Shown: positions 24,304 to 29,097 of the stretch, one piece after another | Layout: the number at the start of each line of letters is the position of its first letter | Numbering within the stretch: the first letter of the stretch is position 1 | IMG/VR virus record: IMGVR_UViG_3300020551_000015 | Coordinates: 1-29,097 of that record | Strand: one strand, 5' to 3' | DNA: 29,097 nt | Origin: a virus | Lineage: Duplodnaviria > Caudoviricetes | Program-made: the position numbers and the translations under genes | Notes under the pieces: generated by a model | Database searches by the model: none | The model's input: the letters and a program-made list of their open reading frames with translations, nothing else | What the model was told of the DNA's origin: nothing

Positions 24304-24585
24304 TTAAATCGTTTCGGATAACATAGAGCCCAAGTTGTTTGGGTTCTCCTCGTTTTTATTTACAAATAAAGGTAAGGGGAATTTGCGTTCAAACTCTTTT
24401 GCTGGTATTTTCTCATCTCCGACAAGGTAGTAACCTTTGCCATCTGAGTCAATACGAAAAGGGGTAAATTGTCTGATATACTTGTTTCTAACATACTCTG
24501 CTGCTGTCATTCTAAAATAGTTGTGAACCGCTGCAATCCATTCGTTGTAGTCTCGCATCGGGTGGGTGGGGTAAGTTGTTTTCAT
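24304..24585 (-). CDS. Hypothetical protein
   Basis: 93-aa ORF. Confidence 0.6.
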   Translation of the reverse strand: MKTTYPTHPMRDYNEWIAAVHNYFRMTAAEYVRNKYIRQFTPFRIDSDGKGYYLVGDEKIPAKEFERKFPLPLFVNKNEENPNNLGSMLSETI

Positions 24586-24603
24586 GTGGTGAATTTAAGG
24601 GTT

Positions 24604-24637
24604 AAAAAAATGCCCCCCGAATAGAAATTCAGGGGTT
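24604..24637 (-). terminator. Rho-independent terminator in the early operon
   Basis: Minus strand CCCCTGAAT-TTCT-ATTCGGGGG followed by GCA-T7. Confidence 0.75.
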
Positions 24638-24657
24638 GGTTTACCTATTGCTTGCCA

Positions 24658-24942
24658 TCAATCATGGGCTAAACCCATAATATCATTTACCTTATATTGG
24701 TTAGGTTTATAAGTAGGGGTAAATACTTTGATGCCTGATTCAAGTCCATAAGATACTCCGGTGTGAAACATAATAAGGGCAATTGCTTCGGCATCCATCC
24801 ACTCCTTAAATGTTAAACGGACTCCAGTTTGGTCTGAGTACATCTTGTCGGCTGGTTCAAATAGTTCTGCTTGATAATAGCCTTGTCCAGATTCAAAAAT
24901 GTGGATGGCTCTGTCTTTGGATGTAATAATTGTAATTGTCAT
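24658..24942 (-). CDS. Hypothetical early protein
   Basis: 94-aa ORF with an A-rich upstream region. Confidence 0.6.
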   Translation of the reverse strand: MTITIITSKDRAIHIFESGQGYYQAELFEPADKMYSDQTGVRLTFKEWMDAEAIALIMFHTGVSYGLESGIKVFTPTYKPNQYKVNDIMGLAHD

Positions 24943-24957
24943 GGCTTTTGTTTTTGA

Positions 24958-25041
24958 TTATTGGCAAATGGTGTCTTGTAAAAGGCCTATCACATAGGCA
25001 ATCGCTAATAAAGCGAGTAAAAGTTTAATTGGTGCTTTCAT
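24958..25041 (-). CDS. Small hydrophobic peptide (27 aa), absent from the ORF track
   Basis: MKAPIKLLLALLAIAYVIGLLQDTICQ*; fills the gap between its neighbours. Confidence 0.55.
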   Translation of the reverse strand: MKAPIKLLLALLAIAYVIGLLQDTICQ

Positions 25042-25043
25042 AA

Positions 25044-25292
25044 TTAGGCAATTTGTATGGTTTTGATTCTATCGTTAAATTCGGCAGATGGTCCGATGGC
25101 AGTTTGCATCCAAGTATCAAAAAAAGTATTAATCTCTTTTTTTGTCATGTTAGGGGTGCGACTATACAATACAAAAGAAAATGCTTTTTTCGGATGCATA
25201 CAAAATGCAAGTCCTTTGTCATCTGATTTGTAAGAATAAATCGTTTCATTCATTAAACCTTTTGTAGTGCTTGTTAAATTGTAAGTTTTCAT
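25044..25292 (-). CDS. Hypothetical early protein
   Basis: First gene of the leftward operon; 82 aa. Confidence 0.6.
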   Translation of the reverse strand: MKTYNLTSTTKGLMNETIYSYKSDDKGLAFCMHPKKAFSFVLYSRTPNMTKKEINTFFDTWMQTAIGPSAEFNDRIKTIQIA

Positions 25293-25386
25293 TGTTAAAT
25301 CGTTTGGTTATGGATGCAAGATAATACACTTTTACACATTAACCAAAAATATTTTTAATTTATTTTTAATCGCGTATATTTGTGAT
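25293..25386. promoter_or_regulatory. Divergent promoter region
   Basis: AT-rich. Rightward -7 box TATATTTG at 25375-25382, 4 nt before ATG 25387. Leftward TTTG (25344-25347)-N20-TATCTTGC variant (25316-25323). Confidence 0.7.
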
Positions 25387-25617
25387 ATGGAAAAGCAGAA
25401 ACGAGGTCGTAAGCCAAAGCCTGCACATCTAAAGGTGCGAATGGTATCAGCTTACCTAACATTAGAGCAGATTCAATTGATTAACAACGAGTTCGGAAAC
25501 TTGACAAATGCAGTAAAGTATCACATTTTAAGCAAATTCAATGGATATCGTGATAGCTTTGGGAACTGGCAGCCGGTGGATGGACAACGAGCTGAGGTAT
25601 GCCCTAAGGTCGATTGA
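25387..25617 (+). CDS. Small basic DNA-binding regulator (AT-hook / ribbon-helix-helix-like)
   Basis: KRGRKPKP followed by a beta-helix-helix pattern; first gene after the divergent promoter. Confidence 0.55.
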   Translation: MEKQKRGRKPKPAHLKVRMVSAYLTLEQIQLINNEFGNLTNAVKYHILSKFNGYRDSFGNWQPVDGQRAEVCPKVD

Positions 25618-26230
25618 CAAGCACCTAAAAGGCCACACTGGTCGCATTTTATTAATAGGTCAAAGACCTAAATGGGTAAAAAATGTCGATCACTACCCCA
25701 TCCCAGATGTGCCAGGGCGCAAGAATTTCAGCATCTTTCAAAAGATACTGACTGGGTGCGAGATGACAAATACTCCCGATTTTATCTTTTGGAATGATGA
25801 CCACTTTCTAATTAAAGACCTAAGAGTAGACCAGTTTAAGTATTGGTATGATGGTCTGTGCAGCCAATGGGCTGAAAAAGCGACTGGATTGTATCAAAGG
25901 GCTATCACAAATACTGCCAAGCTACCCGGATGTAATGACCTTTATACCGATATTCATGTGCCTATCGTTTACAATGCGACCGAGTTTGGTAAGCTCTTAA
26001 AGCTAGACTGGAGACAAGAGTATGTCATTAAATCGGCTTATACTAGAAACATGGAGGGCGGCTTTGAATACATGGCTGACTTTAAGTTGAGCAATCAGTA
26101 CAATCTAAGCACTTGGCAAGGTAAGTTAGTGGGCAAGACCTTTTTCTCAATAGGGTCTTATACTATAAACAACGATTTTAAGATATTAATGCAAGACCTT
26201 TACCCAGATAAGTCAATCTACGAAAAATGA
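25541..26230 (+). CDS. Stealth-family-like sugar-1-phosphate transferase
   Basis: MDIV (CR1-like), ELRYALRSIDKH...I.LIGQRPKWV and FIFWNDDHF (CR2), plus a HVP motif. Confidence 0.7.
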   Translation: MDIVIALGTGSRWMDNELRYALRSIDKHLKGHTGRILLIGQRPKWVKNVDHYPIPDVPGRKNFSIFQKILTGCEMTNTPDFIFWNDDHFLIKDLRVDQFKYWYDGLCSQWAEKATGLYQRAITNTAKLPGCNDLYTDIHVPIVYNATEFGKLLKLDWRQEYVIKSAYTRNMEGGFEYMADFKLSNQYNLSTWQGKLVGKTFFSIGSYTINNDFKILMQDLYPDKSIYEK

Positions 26231-27198
26231 GAATCTTTATACAAAGCCCGAACATTAACTCTCGGCATGGTGGCATAAGGGTCATTAACGAATGGGCAAA
26301 TAGATTGCAGGCTTTTGGGCATAAGGTTATCTTATACAACCAAGCTGGACCAGTTAGATGCGATTGGATGACCATAACTTGCAAGATTGTCAATACTACT
26401 AGTTTATTGGACAAATCAGACCTTTTGATAATAACCAGCCCGCATGGGGCTTTTTTATTGGCTAAAGATAAGCCAGCCAAAAAGGTGGTTTTTTTGCAAA
26501 TGTTGGAGCATCTGTTTAACATAACCAACAAATCATTTTTTGATAGTTGCTTAGCTTTATACACTACTAAATACCCTTTGATATCCATAAGCCAGTGGAA
26601 TATCAAGTTTTTACAAAATAAATACCAAAGAAAGGGCCCGATACACTATGTAGGCAATGGGGTAAATCTAGATGACTTCTCTATTAGCAATAAACCAAAA
26701 GAGGGCAAAATAGCTTTACTAGAATCGCCAGAGCCTACTAACATGGCTAAAGACACCGAAAAGATAGCCGTACAAGTAGCCAAAAACCTAATAGAAAAGG
26801 GCTGGACAATTAAAGGTTTTGGATTACAGGCAGCCAAAGACAATATCTATACAGAATACTTTACTAAGCCGAGCCTAGAAATTATGAATCGTTTATATGA
26901 TGAGGCAACCATCATGATTAAGGCTACCAAGTATGATGCAAGATCAACAGCCCCTTTAGAAGCTGGCACAAAGGGTACGGTAACGATTCGGGGCATTATT
27001 GAGGGGGATGATGACCTAAATGATAGCAATTCTTTTAAGACTGGCTACTCTTATGACAAGTTATTTGATGCCACCATGTTTGCAATAAATAACCCAGAGC
27101 AATTAAAGCAACGGTCTGAGAATATTAAAGCCCATGTGCAGACTTATACTTGGGATTATTGGATGGCTATAATCAATCAAATCTTATGCAGCTTATAG
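26227..27198 (+). CDS. Glycosyltransferase, GT-B / GT4-like
   Basis: HGGIRVI.EWANRL...GH.V, ISISQW, VGNGV and PLEA motifs, ending in YTWD. Confidence 0.85.
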   Translation: MRIFIQSPNINSRHGGIRVINEWANRLQAFGHKVILYNQAGPVRCDWMTITCKIVNTTSLLDKSDLLIITSPHGAFLLAKDKPAKKVVFLQMLEHLFNITNKSFFDSCLALYTTKYPLISISQWNIKFLQNKYQRKGPIHYVGNGVNLDDFSISNKPKEGKIALLESPEPTNMAKDTEKIAVQVAKNLIEKGWTIKGFGLQAAKDNIYTEYFTKPSLEIMNRLYDEATIMIKATKYDARSTAPLEAGTKGTVTIRGIIEGDDDLNDSNSFKTGYSYDKLFDATMFAINNPEQLKQRSENIKAHVQTYTWDYWMAIINQILCSL

Positions 27199-27626
27199 TT
27201 GGATGCGGTCCTAATTGGGCCAAAAGAGAGAATGACATTTTTTTAGATGTAAGACCATTTGACAATGTCGATGTGGTTCACGACCTTAATATAACCCCTT
27301 GGCCTTTCAAAGATAACAGCATGATAGAGATATCTGCTATTCATGTGGTGGAGCATCTTAATAGCTTACTAGACTTTATGAATGAAAGCCATAGAATACT
27401 ACAAAAGGGGGGGGCTTTATACATAGAAACCCCAGAAGCAGGGGCAAACCCAGACTTGCAGTTTGCTGACCCTACTCATGTAAGATGCTATCGGAAGCAC
27501 ACTTTCATAAACTATTTTACCCTATCTGAGGCTCATAAGTTTGGCTACACTGATAAGCTCTGGGCTATCATGCACATAGAAACTAAAGATGGAAACCTTA
27601 TTGTCCACTTAACACCCCTAAAATGA
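27186..27626 (+). CDS. Class I SAM-dependent methyltransferase
   Basis: VGCG, D.VHDLN..PWPF.DNS, HVVEHL, E.HRIL..GG.L.I.TP and DPTH motifs; ATG at 27186. Confidence 0.88.
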   Translation: MQLIVGCGPNWAKRENDIFLDVRPFDNVDVVHDLNITPWPFKDNSMIEISAIHVVEHLNSLLDFMNESHRILQKGGALYIETPEAGANPDLQFADPTHVRCYRKHTFINYFTLSEAHKFGYTDKLWAIMHIETKDGNLIVHLTPLK

Positions 27627-28237
27627 GAATCTTAATCGTTGCCTTAGAATACTTAGAGCCAGAATGGCTAGAGACCCTAAAGTGTATTGAGGAAACTGGG
27701 TTACCTTATGAGATAGTCAGCCGGGATGGGGTAGGAAATATGTCAAGGGCTTACAATACTATTATAACCAAAAACAAAGAGGCGGATTACTATTGGTTTG
27801 TTTCAAATGTAACCTTTAAGCCTCAGATGCCTTATGAGTTAGCAATGGCTTGCGAGACATTAGGCTGGGCTGGCATCCATCCGGCTATGCCTACCTCTGA
27901 TCATAGATTCCAATGGCCTAACGGACACGAACCCAAAGAGACCCCTTTTATCGAATGGACTGCCCCGATGATTAATGCAGAGGCCTTTAACTTAAACCCC
28001 TTAGACGAAATGCTGCCTTATTATTACATGGACCTTGACTGGTGTCATCGGGTCAAGCCTAAAAGGGTGGGGGTGCTTCATAGCCAAGTCATCGGGCATA
28101 CTTATTTAAGGAATAAAAAAGAGCATCCCATCGGTCAGCTCAGAAAGCAGCTCAGAAACTACTGGACCCCAATCAGTCAAAGACACATGCTGCAAAAATG
28201 GGGTAAAAACTGGCAACAAGATTTATGGCCTAAATAA
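27623..28237 (+). CDS. Glycosyltransferase, GT-A / GT2-like (divergent)
   Basis: SRAYN, LDE.L.YYYMDLDWC.R, H and KWG C-terminal GT2 motifs; the canonical DXD is not obvious. Confidence 0.65.
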   Translation: MRILIVALEYLEPEWLETLKCIEETGLPYEIVSRDGVGNMSRAYNTIITKNKEADYYWFVSNVTFKPQMPYELAMACETLGWAGIHPAMPTSDHRFQWPNGHEPKETPFIEWTAPMINAEAFNLNPLDEMLPYYYMDLDWCHRVKPKRVGVLHSQVIGHTYLRNKKEHPIGQLRKQLRNYWTPISQRHMLQKWGKNWQQDLWPK

Positions 28238-28243
28238 AACAAA

Positions 28244-28864
28244 ATGACAACTTTAGAACTACATGGAATCTATCATGAATTAGCTTTCTGGCAAGGTTTT
28301 GTAAAGACAGACCGTTTTTTACAAGGCTGGGTAAAGAAAGTAAAAACACCCGAGCTGAACAAAGAGGTGGCAGACTTTATATTATCTGTACCAAATCAGA
28401 AAGTATTAGATGTGGGCTCAGGGGTCTGCTCAATACTAAATGGATTAGTAAATGTAACCCCTTGCGACCCTTTGGGAGACCTTTACAAGCTAGTCTTTGA
28501 CTTTGAGAGACACAAGCTAGTAGCCCCACTACCCTACCCAGCCGAGGAACTGACCTACAAAAACGAATTTGACATAGTTCACATATCCAATGCCTTAGAC
28601 CATACCCAAGAGCCTAGAAAGGCCCTAGAATGTTTATTGCAAGCTGTAAGGCCTGGAGGGTATCTAATCGTGCAAGGGTTTTTTAACGAGGCAACCCATG
28701 AAAACTGGCAAGGCTTCCATCAATGGGATATCTCTTTAGATGATGATGGCTGTATGGTTATCTTAGGCAAAAAGGACAAAACATTTATTGCATGGCCTCC
28801 CCATAAGTTTGCTACCGTACATCTTTTAGGTCGGGATTGGTATTATTGGATAGTAAAAAAGTAA
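28244..28864 (+). CDS. Class I SAM-dependent methyltransferase
   Basis: VLDVGSG, AEEL...FDIV..SNALDH and VRPGGYL motifs. Confidence 0.88.
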   Translation: MTTLELHGIYHELAFWQGFVKTDRFLQGWVKKVKTPELNKEVADFILSVPNQKVLDVGSGVCSILNGLVNVTPCDPLGDLYKLVFDFERHKLVAPLPYPAEELTYKNEFDIVHISNALDHTQEPRKALECLLQAVRPGGYLIVQGFFNEATHENWQGFHQWDISLDDDGCMVILGKKDKTFIAWPPHKFATVHLLGRDWYYWIVKK

Positions 28865-28867
28865 AAC

Positions 28868-29097
28868 ATGGTTATTTGTTGCGATATAGATGGCTGCTTA
28901 ACAGATGGCAAAATCTGGGTTGACCATAAGGGAAACATTATTAAGTCCTTTAATAACAAAGACATCGGGGCGATAAAGGAGCTAATCTCTATGGGCTATC
29001 AGGTCCACTTAGTAACCGCAAGCAGTTGGCCTGGAGCAGAGCAATACCTACGCAGGTCTGGGGCTCAATTGCACATCATACGAAATAAAGAGACTAT
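28868..29097 (+). CDS. KdsC/YrbI-like HAD phosphatase (3' truncated by window edge)
   Basis: MVICCDIDGCLTDGKIWVDHKGNIIKSFNNKD matches the D.DG.LTDG...K.F..KD pattern of KDO-8-P phosphatase / CMP-sugar synthase HAD domains. Confidence 0.8.
   Translation, partial: MVICCDIDGCLTDGKIWVDHKGNIIKSFNNKDIGAIKELISMGYQVHLVTASSWPGAEQYLRRSGAQLHIIRNKET

Noticed and set aside
26178-26606. 142-aa antisense ORF in the GT4 gene
   Set aside because: Lies opposite a well-supported glycosyltransferase and has no motifs.
1-29097. Stop-codon reassignment (alternative genetic code)
   Set aside because: Genes tile densely and are full length under code 11, and TAA, TGA and TAG all occur as apparent stops.

Overview
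A 29.1-kb piece of a tailed dsDNA phage genome with siphovirus-type, HK97-fold gene content. The host is most likely a Bacteroidota: there are TTTG-N20-TAnnTTTG promoters, A-rich start regions without Shine-Dalgarno sites, and signal peptides with Gln at +1. Plus strand 1-18821 carries the portal C-terminus, MuF/gp7, protease, capsid, head-tail joining genes, tail tube, a frameshifted tail chaperone pair, tape measure, tail tip genes, a 1314-aa fibre, the lysis cassette (holins, u-spanin, M15 endolysin) and a metallophosphoesterase. Minus strand ~18762-25292 is an early/replication module: putative SSAP, SSB-like protein, NinG, HTH, a C5 DNA methyltransferase with an overprinted second subunit, a DnaA-C-like protein, and a short replication protein preceded by a ~450-nt structured non-coding leader. 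Plus strand 25387-end is a glycan-modification cluster (Stealth-like, GT4, GT2-like, two SAM methyltransferases, KdsC-like HAD). The most striking observation is that the tail fibre and the two genes after it carry Sec-type signal peptides, and the fibre is heavily enriched in Bacteroidota O-glycosylation sequons D-(S/T)-(A/I/L/V/M/T). This suggests a fibre that is exported, glycosylated by the host in the periplasm, and either joined to virions at or after lysis or displayed on the cell. No integrase, tRNA or CRISPR array was seen. All family calls come from motif recognition, not database searches.
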